From contig CAZJAJ010000002.1 of assembly GCA_964544335.1 (NCBI GenBank), positions 3,013-67,012 on the forward strand: a DNA stretch of 64,000 nucleotides, given 5' to 3'. The translations under genes were made by a program, and so were the position numbers. This DNA comes from an uncultured Methanosarcinales archaeon. Lineage in GTDB: Archaea > Nanobdellota > Nanobdellia > Woesearchaeales > JABIAG01. Positions 10,611-20,927 of this stretch are shown here, one piece after another (the stretch's first letter is position 1; every line of letters starts with the position of its first letter). The notes beneath the pieces were generated by a model. That model ran no database searches and was not told where the DNA came from. It saw only the letters and a list, made by a program, of their open reading frames with translations.

Positions 10611-11812
10611 ATCTAAAACAACTATTAACAACGGGCGCAATTGCAGTAGGTGGAATGCTATACACTGGTTGTTCAACAACCCAAGATTACCATGGCCTAT
10701 CAAATATGCCTGCTAAATTCAATGCACGAGCACTAAAGGAATATGAAAATCCTGCAAAAGCAAGCAGACTTCCAGAAGAAGTTGATGCACCATTTGCAAC
10801 TTTTGATGGAAAACACAAAGAAGCAACAAAGCAAATCGCAACAGCAATAAACGGAAAAGTATTCTATTCAAATCTTGGAAGAGATATTGCAGACAAACTA
10901 AACCTACAAACAGGTGAATATGTGTCAGTGGTTGTTCCAAGCGCAAACACACACGCAGTAGGTACATACAACCCAAGAAATACTAATCTTAACACAGCAT
11001 TAGGTCACATGAAAGATCAAATAATGGTAGGTACAAGCAAATCAGAACCAGATATCTCAACATCAATTTACAAAATCAATGATGATGAAAACGGTCTAAC
11101 AAGTATCATTTCAATCGTATATGGTGCACCTAATGTAGATGGTGGATTTATGGGATATGATCTAAAGGGTGAAAAAGTACGATCTTTAAAAGGTCTAAGA
11201 GAAACTTTCAAAGGAAGATACACACTTACACCTTCTGCAAATCATTCAACACTTGATATTAAAGAAAGAGATAAAGCAATTCTTGCAGAACTAAGTATCG
11301 ATGCATTAGGTGGTCTTGGCGCACTTCCATCTGGTCCTTTTATTACTACAGCAATTGGTGGAGCAGAAAAAGGAATTGAACACCTTGTTAACAAGGACAC
11401 CACTTATCAATTAAGAGAAGGTAATGGTTTTCTTTACACACCTGATAAAGAAAACATCTATGCTGCAGTGCTTGATCATTTAAACAGTGCAAGAGAAGTA
11501 GTTTCAGAAGATTCAACGCCTGAAGCATCACACTATATGTTACTTCAAGGTGAAAAGAATTTCCAAGTACTTGTTGCAAATCAAAATGATGATAGAAAAG
11601 GAACAGGTAGTCCAAGAGATGTTATGTGGTCACTTGATGAAAAAGGTAATCCAACGCTTCTACTAAAGAATAGCGGTGATCTCATCGACTTCATTCCTGC
11701 AGCAATTATACTTAAAACAACAAGAACAAGAGGGAGTGGTAACTCATCTCCTTCACATGGTGGGGGATTAGGAACTGGAGGTCCTCAAACACCAATTAAC
11801 GGGGGCTTTTAA
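10607..11812 (+). CDS. Hypothetical lipoprotein-like protein
   Basis: Signal peptide ending YTG-C; ATGA-coupled to the upstream gene; Gly/Ser-rich tail. Confidence 0.7.
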   Translation: MNLKQLLTTGAIAVGGMLYTGCSTTQDYHGLSNMPAKFNARALKEYENPAKASRLPEEVDAPFATFDGKHKEATKQIATAINGKVFYSNLGRDIADKLNLQTGEYVSVVVPSANTHAVGTYNPRNTNLNTALGHMKDQIMVGTSKSEPDISTSIYKINDDENGLTSIISIVYGAPNVDGGFMGYDLKGEKVRSLKGLRETFKGRYTLTPSANHSTLDIKERDKAILAELSIDALGGLGALPSGPFITTAIGGAEKGIEHLVNKDTTYQLREGNGFLYTPDKENIYAAVLDHLNSAREVVSEDSTPEASHYMLLQGEKNFQVLVANQNDDRKGTGSPRDVMWSLDEKGNPTLLLKNSGDLIDFIPAAIILKTTRTRGSGNSSPSHGGGLGTGGPQTPINGGF

Positions 11813-11813
11813 T

Positions 11814-14800
11814 TTGGCAAATAAGTCACTACACATTTTTGTTGCACTTTTTTGTTTACTTATTCTAGCAACGCCAGTACTTGCTGAGCGAACAGTAAAC
11901 TTTCAAGTATTTGAAGCAACAATAGATGCAAACAGAAATTTCATCCCATCATCAACACCAGTAAATGGCATTGATGCTTTTGGATTTGTGTGTGCAGATG
12001 CAGCATGTAGTGATTACACAACTCAATTACAAAGTTCTAGTTCTAATACCAATCTTATTACCGTAACCTATCCAACAACATTACAAACTGTTGATGGATA
12101 TGCTCATATCTTTGCAGATGACGACAATGAATACGTCACCTGGGCTCAACGAGCAGACTTCTGGGGGACAAACCCATCTGATCCACAAGGTCCTTACACA
12201 ATTTATCTATCAAAAGTAGAAGCATGCAGATCACCTATTGATTCCTTTGTGGTAATCAATGACGCACATCCAAATCAACCGGTACAGTTTGAAGTGAGTA
12301 CATCACTTGACGCAACCGTTTGGAGCGCAATTCAATTTGGTGGTCCAATTGGCTTTGAAGCACCGCAAATTCCTCAAAATTATGATGTGAAAACAGACAT
12401 TACACTTGAAATCATTGACCAAAATGGTAATGTGGTATATACAGAGACTGATACGCTTGATGTAGATTTTGATAATGCAGCAAGAGTGATGTTTGAGTGG
12501 ACACCTGACATTATTGGAAGATATGAGGCACGAGTGATCACATCGGTACCTGATAGTAAATGTGCAAGCGATGTTCCAGTAGAAGCAAGTAAAGAATTTT
12601 CCATCATTGGAGAAACAACCGATCTGTGCTATGCACTAGCAAACAGTCTCTCAGCACAGCCACTTGGACAATATCCTAACGAACCAGTAACAATTAGCTT
12701 TGAAACACTCTCTAATTACTTTGATGAACTAGGCAACCTTAACCCGCTCAACACATCAGCTACTTTATCTATTTACAAAGATGGCTTTTATGATGAAATA
12801 CAAATTGATGTGGCAGCAATTGACACAGAAACCTATGAAACAGTTATCGTTCCATATGCATTCCCTGAAGCTGGACTCTATAATATTACAGTAGATGCAA
12901 GAGCAGCATCTTGTCCTGCATCTGATAACACCTGGGATATTGAAACCATAGAATATCTTGTTGATGAAGAAATTATCATCGATCCTAATACTCCGCCAAC
13001 ACTCTTTGCACAAGATCTATTCTTTTCAGAATTTGATGGCATGCAAGAAGACATCTACAATCTAGAAGAATTTGCAGTTGATCCAGATCAAGACGTTGCA
13101 ACACTGAGTTATGAAATCACTAGTCAAACAGCAAGAGACATCGTAGATTGTAGCATTGACAGTAATAATAATCTTGATTGTAATGTGAAAACACCTGGTC
13201 AATCAGTATTAAACATGCGAGTAACTGATGACGAAGACGAATATGGAATTGATCTTATTACTGTAACTGTAGCAAATATTCCTGAATGCCAAGATGGTCT
13301 TGACAATGACAATGATGGTCTAACTGATCTTGACGATCCTGGATGTGCTGATGAAAATGATGATGACGAATCAGACGGCACTTCTCAATGTCAAGACAGC
13401 ATCGATAATGACAACGATGGTCTTGTAGATATGCAAGATCCTGGTTGCGATTCTCCTCAAGACAATGATGAGTCTGATGGCACCTCTCAATGCCAAGACG
13501 GCATCGATAATGACAATGACGGCCTTGTTGACATGCAAGATCCTGGTTGTGACACACCTCAAGACAACGACGAATCTGATGGCACTTCTCAATGTCAAGA
13601 CGGCATCGACAACGATGGTGACAACCTTGTTGACATGAATGATCCTGGTTGTGACACGCCTCAAGATAATAATGAATCAGATGCTACCTCTGCATGTCAA
13701 GATGGCATCGATAATGATAATGACGGTCTCGTTGACATGAACGATCCAGGTTGTACTGACCCAACTGATGATGATGAATATCACAACATTCCAATCACAC
13801 TTGATTTTTCAGCATCAACAACGCAAACACTTGCACCTGCTTTTGTAGAATTTACTTGCGGTGCAACTGGTGGCAACAGTGATGTATATGTGGCACTTAT
13901 TACAGACAGCAATCTCTTCTATGAGAATGGTGCAACACCATTTACTCTAGTTGCAAACACTACATACTCCATTCCTGGAATCTACACTGCAACATGTAAC
14001 GCAACTGAAGCCGATGGTGATTATGTGGAAGAAACAATAAACATCACTATTTTAACACCGCAATGCCAAGATGGTCTTGACAATGACAATGATGGTCTAA
14101 CTGATCTTGACGATCCTGGGTGTACTGATGAATTCGATAACGATGAATCTGATGGCACCACACAATGTCAAGATGGAGTAGATAATGACGCAGATGGTCT
14201 AATTGATCTTGATGATCCAGGTTGTAGCGGACCACTTGATGATGATGAATCTGATGCTACAACACAATGTCAAGATGGTATCGATAACGACAACGATGGT
14301 CTTGTTGACATGCAAGACCCAGGTTGTGACACACCTCAAGATGATAACGAATATCATAACATTCCAATCACACTTAATTATTCAGTATCAACAACACAAG
14401 CACTTCCACCAGTATTTGTAGAATTTACTTGTGGTGCAAATGGTGCAAATGATGATGTCTTTGCTGCAGTAAATACAGGAAATAATATTGAATACAGTAA
14501 TGGTGCAACTCCATTAGTGATTACAACAAGCACAACCTACACCGTTCCTGGAGTCTACACCACAACATGTAATGCAACTGAAGCTGATGGCGATAGTGCA
14601 AATGAATCAATCTTAATTACTATCTTAACACCACAATGTCAAGACGGTATCGATAACGATAACGACGGTCTAACTGATCTGGAAGATCCAGGATGTACTG
14701 ACGAATTCGATAACGATGAATCTGATGGTACAACACAATGCCAAGATGGTATAGACAATGACAACGATGGTCTTGTTGATATGCAAGATCCTGGTTGTGA

Positions 14801-17450
14801 CACACCACAAGATAATGATGAGTCAGATGGCACCTCTCAATGTCAAGATGGCATAGACAACGACTATGATGGTCTTGTTGACTATCCACAAGATCCTGGT
14901 TGCACATCACCTCAAGACGAAAGTGAACTACACACCCTTGCAGGAACACTTAATTTTACTCAAGTAAAAGTAATTATTTACAATAATTCATTTTTAACAG
15001 AAGAAATAATCCAAAGAGGAGATGTAGTTAATTTTGAACTAGGACCTCTTATCAGAACAGATGCATATGTAGAAAACACATTCCTTGCACTTGATTTTGA
15101 TCCTGTTGAAGTAAACTTTGAAATCCCAAGTACTTCATTTACAAGAACTGATGTTGATGAAATCATTGCAGGTGAAGAAGATGTATTCGGATTTAACTTT
15201 GCAGACGGTCTTGTACCTGGTCTACACGAAGTAATTCTTACACGAGAAGATGCAGTAGCACAAACCGGCCTTGGTGTTGAAGCTGAAGAATTTAGATTCT
15301 TTGTTAATGTAACAGAACCTGATGAATTCTTTGAAGTAGAATTAACAACTACGCCAACACAAGGAGTGGCTCCACTTACTATTCAAACAACCTGTTATAT
15401 CACATCAGGTAATGATGCACCGTTTGATGTATCTCTGACTGATGATGATGGGTTCACATATCAAACTGTGCTTAACTCACCATTTGATAATATAACACAA
15501 TCAATTACCTATACACAACCAGGTACCTACAATATTGAATGTGGAATGGTTGATGCAGATGGTGATGATAACAGCGATCAAACGGCAGTAACCGTCTATG
15601 CACCACAATGTAATGATGGTCTTGACAACGATAACGATGGTCTAACAGATCTTGACGATCCTGGTTGTATTGATGAATTCGATAACAACGAATCAGATGG
15701 CACTTCTCAATGTCAAGATGGCATTGATAATGACGGTGATAACCTCATTGACATGAATGATCCAGGTTGTGACACACCTCAAGATGACAATGAAACAAAC
15801 ATCATCGTAGACACAGGTGACCTGGAAATCCAATCTGTTGCAGTATATGTGAACAGCACCTCATCATTTATTTCAGAAAATGATCTTGTAAGAATTTCAC
15901 TTGACCAAAAAGATCTATGGCAAGATGTTAGAGTAATCAATACATACCAAACAACTCAACTCAACAACGTAACTGTTAATGCATACATTCTAAATACAGG
16001 TATCATGGCAGATGGTGATCAAAAGAATCTCTCAGGTCAAGAAAGCAGAGAATTCTATGTTGACTTTGATTTCAATACAGATCCAATCACTGCAGGAAAT
16101 TACACGGTTCTTATTGAAGCAACACACACCTCTGGTGCATTTGATGACTTCACATACGAACTTGAAATATACACACCAATTATCGTAATTGATCCACAAT
16201 GTAGTGATGGTCTTGATAACGATAACGACGGTCTAGTTGACTATCCACAAGATCCTGGCTGTGATTCAGAAACTGACGATGACGAATACAACGTAGTAAT
16301 CATTCCACAATGTGATGATGGTCTTGATAATGATAACGATGGATTAACTGATCTAGAAGATCCAGGTTGTATGAACTCAACTGATGATAGTGAATCAAAT
16401 AACTTTGATCTATTCATTGATAACGGGTACCTTACCACACAAAACATCTATGATGACGAAACAGTACTTATCAGATTTGAAACACACAGAATCCCATCAG
16501 AACATGTTGATGCATATGTTGATGTGGATGTAACTGTTGATGGCAATCCTATCTCAATTACCTCACTTCCATTCGACATGGAAACACGAGACTGGGGTAT
16601 TGGTGGACTTGGTCCATTTACTGCAGGAACACACACGCTACAAATTGTAACTGATCCAAGCAACGAGCACAACGAATCAAATGAAAACAATAATGTATTC
16701 ACATTTACATTTGACGTACTTCCTGCAATCACACCTACCACACAATGTGATGATGGTATTGACAATGATAACGATGGATTTGTCGATATGAATGATCCAG
16801 GCTGTGATTCGCCACAAGATAATGATGAATCTGATGATCCAGTAAATGAATCAATCGTATTCCTTAACACACCAACAGGTAGTGCATTTGTAGGCGTTGC
16901 ATATCTCTTTGATCTAGACACAGCACCAAGTGATGTAACTTTCACTCTGCTTGCAGCTCCAACAGGACTAAACGTTGATCAAGTAACAGGGCTCATTACC
17001 TGGACACCAAAAGAATCAGATCTTGGAAATCACTATGTGACTGTTCAAGCAGAAAAGAACGGTATAACTGCAACTAAGACATTTACCATTACCGTATTTA
17101 CCAATCCAAACAAAGCTCAGTCAAACACCGTAGAAGATCTTGACATCATGAGAATCAACTTTGTTAACGGAGAACAAGTAGATGCAGGTGATCAACTAGT
17201 GCTAAGCTTTAACCTTGAGAACAATGGTGAAGTAAGCTACGATAACATGAAAATTACCGTTACTATTTACGATCTTGGTATTACAAGAAGTGTAGGCTCT
17301 TTTGACCTACATACAAACGATGACATTACAAAAACACTTCACCTTGACGTGCCATACTACGCCCCAGCAGGGGAGTATCCAATCAGAGTAACACTCTCTG
17401 CAGATGGCATAAACAAGCGTGTAGTACATAGATATTTCGACGTGAAATGA
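11814..17450 (+). CDS. Large secreted surface protein with 16 Cys/Asp-rich putative Ca-binding repeats and PKD/CARDB/Ig-like domains
   Basis: Signal peptide; repeats CxDGxDNDxDGxxDxxDPGC; CARDB-like DPSNEHNESNENNN; Ig-like APTGLNVDQVTGLITWTP; many N-x-S/T sequons. Confidence 0.85.
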   Translation: MANKSLHIFVALFCLLILATPVLAERTVNFQVFEATIDANRNFIPSSTPVNGIDAFGFVCADAACSDYTTQLQSSSSNTNLITVTYPTTLQTVDGYAHIFADDDNEYVTWAQRADFWGTNPSDPQGPYTIYLSKVEACRSPIDSFVVINDAHPNQPVQFEVSTSLDATVWSAIQFGGPIGFEAPQIPQNYDVKTDITLEIIDQNGNVVYTETDTLDVDFDNAARVMFEWTPDIIGRYEARVITSVPDSKCASDVPVEASKEFSIIGETTDLCYALANSLSAQPLGQYPNEPVTISFETLSNYFDELGNLNPLNTSATLSIYKDGFYDEIQIDVAAIDTETYETVIVPYAFPEAGLYNITVDARAASCPASDNTWDIETIEYLVDEEIIIDPNTPPTLFAQDLFFSEFDGMQEDIYNLEEFAVDPDQDVATLSYEITSQTARDIVDCSIDSNNNLDCNVKTPGQSVLNMRVTDDEDEYGIDLITVTVANIPECQDGLDNDNDGLTDLDDPGCADENDDDESDGTSQCQDSIDNDNDGLVDMQDPGCDSPQDNDESDGTSQCQDGIDNDNDGLVDMQDPGCDTPQDNDESDGTSQCQDGIDNDGDNLVDMNDPGCDTPQDNNESDATSACQDGIDNDNDGLVDMNDPGCTDPTDDDEYHNIPITLDFSASTTQTLAPAFVEFTCGATGGNSDVYVALITDSNLFYENGATPFTLVANTTYSIPGIYTATCNATEADGDYVEETINITILTPQCQDGLDNDNDGLTDLDDPGCTDEFDNDESDGTTQCQDGVDNDADGLIDLDDPGCSGPLDDDESDATTQCQDGIDNDNDGLVDMQDPGCDTPQDDNEYHNIPITLNYSVSTTQALPPVFVEFTCGANGANDDVFAAVNTGNNIEYSNGATPLVITTSTTYTVPGVYTTTCNATEADGDSANESILITILTPQCQDGIDNDNDGLTDLEDPGCTDEFDNDESDGTTQCQDGIDNDNDGLVDMQDPGCDTPQDNDESDGTSQCQDGIDNDYDGLVDYPQDPGCTSPQDESELHTLAGTLNFTQVKVIIYNNSFLTEEIIQRGDVVNFELGPLIRTDAYVENTFLALDFDPVEVNFEIPSTSFTRTDVDEIIAGEEDVFGFNFADGLVPGLHEVILTREDAVAQTGLGVEAEEFRFFVNVTEPDEFFEVELTTTPTQGVAPLTIQTTCYITSGNDAPFDVSLTDDDGFTYQTVLNSPFDNITQSITYTQPGTYNIECGMVDADGDDNSDQTAVTVYAPQCNDGLDNDNDGLTDLDDPGCIDEFDNNESDGTSQCQDGIDNDGDNLIDMNDPGCDTPQDDNETNIIVDTGDLEIQSVAVYVNSTSSFISENDLVRISLDQKDLWQDVRVINTYQTTQLNNVTVNAYILNTGIMADGDQKNLSGQESREFYVDFDFNTDPITAGNYTVLIEATHTSGAFDDFTYELEIYTPIIVIDPQCSDGLDNDNDGLVDYPQDPGCDSETDDDEYNVVIIPQCDDGLDNDNDGLTDLEDPGCMNSTDDSESNNFDLFIDNGYLTTQNIYDDETVLIRFETHRIPSEHVDAYVDVDVTVDGNPISITSLPFDMETRDWGIGGLGPFTAGTHTLQIVTDPSNEHNESNENNNVFTFTFDVLPAITPTTQCDDGIDNDNDGFVDMNDPGCDSPQDNDESDDPVNESIVFLNTPTGSAFVGVAYLFDLDTAPSDVTFTLLAAPTGLNVDQVTGLITWTPKESDLGNHYVTVQAEKNGITATKTFTITVFTNPNKAQSNTVEDLDIMRINFVNGEQVDAGDQLVLSFNLENNGEVSYDNMKITVTIYDLGITRSVGSFDLHTNDDITKTLHLDVPYYAPAGEYPIRVTLSADGINKRVVHRYFDVK
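13283..16835 (+). repeat. Intragenic ~102-bp (34-aa) repeat, 16 copies in blocks of 5, 3, 3, 2, 2 and 1
   Basis: Recurrent DNA motif like caatgtcaagatggtatcgataacgacaacgatggtcttgttgacatgcaagatcctggttgt; copies counted in the translation. Confidence 0.9.
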
Positions 17451-17567
17451 CTTGAAAGTAGTGAATTAATGTAACTACTTTAAAATGAAGATTATACGAA
17501 ATCTTTAAAAAACAAGATTCATTTCACAGACAATAAACCAATAATATTCGCACATTGGGGGTTGACA

Positions 17568-18845
17568 ATGAAAACAATGAAAAAAATGCTTGTGTTTGCA
17601 ATTGCACTTATCGCACTGCTAGCACTTAGTAATATTGCACTGGCTGTTGACAATCTTGATGTTGAGTGGGTGAAAATCGACGGAGACATTCAAGAAGATG
17701 GTGATCAGCTAGTAGTTGAAAGAGGGGATGATTTATCCATTAAGGTAAAACTTCAAAATGGTAATCAAACTCTAGAAGACGTAGAAGTTGAAGCAAGAAT
17801 TCTCGGTTACGAGTACTCAGATCATGATGATTCACTTCGTGACAGCACACATGTTTTTGACATGGATGCACAAGACACACGAACTGAAACACTAAAGCTT
17901 AGCATTCCTGTTAAGGCTGATAAAGACTTTTATGATCTACGTGTAAGAGTTGGTACACGAACTGGTGTTTCAGATGAATACCTATTCAGACTAAATCTTG
18001 ACGGTAACAGACACGAAGTTGAAATCAGAGATGTTCTAATGCATCCTCGAGTTGTTGAAGCTGGTAGTTCACTATTACTTAACGTAAGAGTAACTAACAG
18101 AGGTGAAAAACAAGAAGATGACGTTAAAGTTTCTGCTATGATCGACGATCTAAATCTAGAAGACTCCGATTACATCGGTGAACTAGAAGAAGACGAGTCA
18201 CAAACTTCAGAAGAACTATTCATGAGAATCCCTGCTTGCGCAGAACCTGGAATCTATGATGTAGAAATCGAAGTTGAATACGACGAAGGTTATGAAACTG
18301 TAAGAACAACTGAAACTGTTGAAGTTGTTGAAGGCCGATTCTGTGGCAGTAGCTCAGATGATGCATCAAGTGACGCAGACAGTATTATCAGCGTTGGTTC
18401 ACAAACTCAACAAGTTGTAGCTGGAAAAGGCGGAGCAACCTACTCACTTGCAATTACAAACCCTGCAAGCACTGACAAAACATACACAGTGACTGTAAGC
18501 GGCGTAGATGCATGGGGTACCTACAGAGTTGATCCACAATCAACCATGATCGTTAAAAGCGGCGAAACAAAGCCAGTATTTGTTTACGTAGCAGCTAACG
18601 ACAATGCTATGCAAGGACAACAATCCTTTGTAGTAACTGTTGGTTCAGATGGTGAAACTCAACCAGTACAATTTAACACCGCTGTTGTAAAAGATAGCAA
18701 CAACCTAAGAAAGTGGGCAGAAGTTGTTCTGATCGCTCTCGTTGTACTATTGATCGTACTTGGTCTAATCATTGGCTTTAGCCGAATGAGAGGCAAAGAC
18801 GACATGGATGACGACGAAGAACTATCAGGTCAAACCTACTACTAG
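17568..18845 (+). CDS. Putative S-layer / Ig-like (CARDB-type) surface protein with C-terminal TM anchor
   Basis: Signal peptide, acidic beta-rich domains, C-terminal TM followed by an acidic tail ending QTYY; start TTG 17562 or ATG 17568. Confidence 0.7.
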   Translation: MKTMKKMLVFAIALIALLALSNIALAVDNLDVEWVKIDGDIQEDGDQLVVERGDDLSIKVKLQNGNQTLEDVEVEARILGYEYSDHDDSLRDSTHVFDMDAQDTRTETLKLSIPVKADKDFYDLRVRVGTRTGVSDEYLFRLNLDGNRHEVEIRDVLMHPRVVEAGSSLLLNVRVTNRGEKQEDDVKVSAMIDDLNLEDSDYIGELEEDESQTSEELFMRIPACAEPGIYDVEIEVEYDEGYETVRTTETVEVVEGRFCGSSSDDASSDADSIISVGSQTQQVVAGKGGATYSLAITNPASTDKTYTVTVSGVDAWGTYRVDPQSTMIVKSGETKPVFVYVAANDNAMQGQQSFVVTVGSDGETQPVQFNTAVVKDSNNLRKWAEVVLIALVVLLIVLGLIIGFSRMRGKDDMDDDEELSGQTYY

Positions 18846-18846
18846 G

Positions 18847-18871
18847 TTTGTTTTTTTCTTTTTCTTTTTTT
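18847..18871 (+). terminator. Oligo-T archaeal-type terminator
   Basis: T-rich tract immediately after the stop of 17568..18845. Confidence 0.6.
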
Positions 18872-18902
18872 AACTTAATTAAATAATAAGGAAATCACGA
18901 TC

Positions 18903-20927
18903 ATGAAAGCGCTAGGACTATTACTTGCATTGATCCTCATCATGCCTACAGTCCTTGCTGACGTACAATATTCTACTTTTGATGCATGGCTTAATTCAGA
19001 GCAAGTTGCATGCCAATGTGGCGTATACGAAACCACAATCAACATTCTTAACACAGGATCTGATAACACCTTCACCATAGAATTTAGTGGAAGTGGTGCA
19101 CAATGGGCTACTGTTGCTGAAAATTTTATCTTCCTCAAACAAGGAGAGCAACGACAAGTACCCGTCTATGTGAACATTCCATGTAATGCAAATACAGCAG
19201 ACTTATTTTTCACCGTAAGTAGCATTAATGGTGTGCAAAAAGACCTCTATCAAGACATCCCAATCACACGATGTAGTAATCTACAAGTAGAACCAATTCA
19301 AGATATGCAAACGGCAAACCCTTGCAGACCGCTTGCATACACCTTTGATGTATTCAATGCAGGAAACTTTCAAGAAACCTATGAATTTGAAACATCAGAG
19401 TTCAAAAGAGAGACACAATTCCTTCCAGAATCCATCTCATTATTCCCTCAAACCACAGCAACCGTTACTGCAATAGTAACGCCAGCATGTGATGAGTATG
19501 GAGAATTTGATTTTGAATTCACCATAAAAGCACTCAGTAATGATCAGGAAACATCCATTCCAGTAAGTGCATACATTAACAGAGACTATGGATTTACCAC
19601 AACTGCAGGCTACTTTGATGAAAATAATCAAAACATCTTCACACCAAAAACAACACCATATGAAGCATGTATTAATGAAAACTATGTTATTCCAATCAGA
19701 CTAACCAATGATGGTTCAGTCCAAAACACCTATGATCTAGATGTGAGTATGGGCGTACTCTCAGAATATGCACCTACCATTCCAGCACATTCCTCAAAAC
19801 TCATTGCTCTTGCAATTCTTGAAAAGAATGTACAGCAAGAAGTAATCGTTCTTGATATCGAAACCGAACTTGGCGACTTTGAACAAAAGCTGGGCATCCC
19901 GGTTGATATACAAAACTGCTATGATGCAACCATCCATGCTCCTGAAACATACTATGTAAATCAATCAACACTCTATGTTGGCGTAACAAATGATGGTAGT
20001 AAAGAATTAAATGTACAATACGCGCTTGCAGGTAGCCCATATCTACACTTACAAACGTCTGAAGATACCTTTACTGATCAAAGCACAGTAGCTATTGCAG
20101 CAGCACTACCTCACACAGGTGTTGAAAAAGCAACACTCTATGCACAATTAAATAATGGTGATGTCATCAGCAAAGATATTGATTTCATCTTTGGACAGCC
20201 ATTCTGGCACACCTATGGTGATGTTATTGCAGTAGTAATTGTACTACTCATCCTATTCATAGTAGCATCAATTATTTACAAGAAAAAATACTACAGGCCA
20301 AAAAGAAAAGTAAAACCACATTCACAAAGAGTAAAAAAAGCACTTGAAGACATCAAAAAAGAAAAGAGTGTAGCAAAAAAAATAGCAAAAGAAGATAAAA
20401 AAAGAAAATTTTGCCCTAAACTGGCTACATCAATAGCACTGCTTGTAATTTTAATCGTACTCTTTTTCCTTCCAATTCCAACATTTCAAAACAATCAATC
20501 AAATTCTTCACTTGAATTTGAACAAGACAACATGCTTCGGATAAATCTACAAGATGTAGCAAATAGCTCATACTATGGCGTTGTTGAAAATGATGATGTA
20601 CACCTACAAACAAAAAGTACCTATTTATACATTGCATCAGAAAACACTACTCAAACAGAAATAGAAATAAGACTCAATGGATCTGAGGCATTTATTCCAG
20701 TATCTGTGGTAAACAGCACCAATGAGACATTCATTGAACATGGCGTTAACGTATACAAAACAATTGGCATTCTTGCTTATGATGATGCTAAAGAAAATAC
20801 AACACAGTATGTGATTTACGCTCTTTTACTTATTCTCTTTATTGCAATGATTATTGGGAGTAAAAGTGAAAAATCATCAAAAAAGAATCAACCAAAAACT
20901 AAACGATTCACCCTTCTAGAAAAGTGA
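18903..20927 (+). CDS. Membrane-anchored surface protein with Ig-like domains
   Basis: Signal peptide, beta-rich extracellular region with paired Cys, three TM segments, Lys-rich loop. Confidence 0.7.
   Translation: MKALGLLLALILIMPTVLADVQYSTFDAWLNSEQVACQCGVYETTINILNTGSDNTFTIEFSGSGAQWATVAENFIFLKQGEQRQVPVYVNIPCNANTADLFFTVSSINGVQKDLYQDIPITRCSNLQVEPIQDMQTANPCRPLAYTFDVFNAGNFQETYEFETSEFKRETQFLPESISLFPQTTATVTAIVTPACDEYGEFDFEFTIKALSNDQETSIPVSAYINRDYGFTTTAGYFDENNQNIFTPKTTPYEACINENYVIPIRLTNDGSVQNTYDLDVSMGVLSEYAPTIPAHSSKLIALAILEKNVQQEVIVLDIETELGDFEQKLGIPVDIQNCYDATIHAPETYYVNQSTLYVGVTNDGSKELNVQYALAGSPYLHLQTSEDTFTDQSTVAIAAALPHTGVEKATLYAQLNNGDVISKDIDFIFGQPFWHTYGDVIAVVIVLLILFIVASIIYKKKYYRPKRKVKPHSQRVKKALEDIKKEKSVAKKIAKEDKKRKFCPKLATSIALLVILIVLFFLPIPTFQNNQSNSSLEFEQDNMLRINLQDVANSSYYGVVENDDVHLQTKSTYLYIASENTTQTEIEIRLNGSEAFIPVSVVNSTNETFIEHGVNVYKTIGILAYDDAKENTTQYVIYALLLILFIAMIIGSKSEKSSKKNQPKTKRFTLLEK

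Noticed and set aside
13283-16835. Regularly spaced repeats resembling a CRISPR array or DGR template
   Set aside because: In-frame 102-bp coding repeats with synonymous variation; no unique spacers, cas genes or reverse transcriptase
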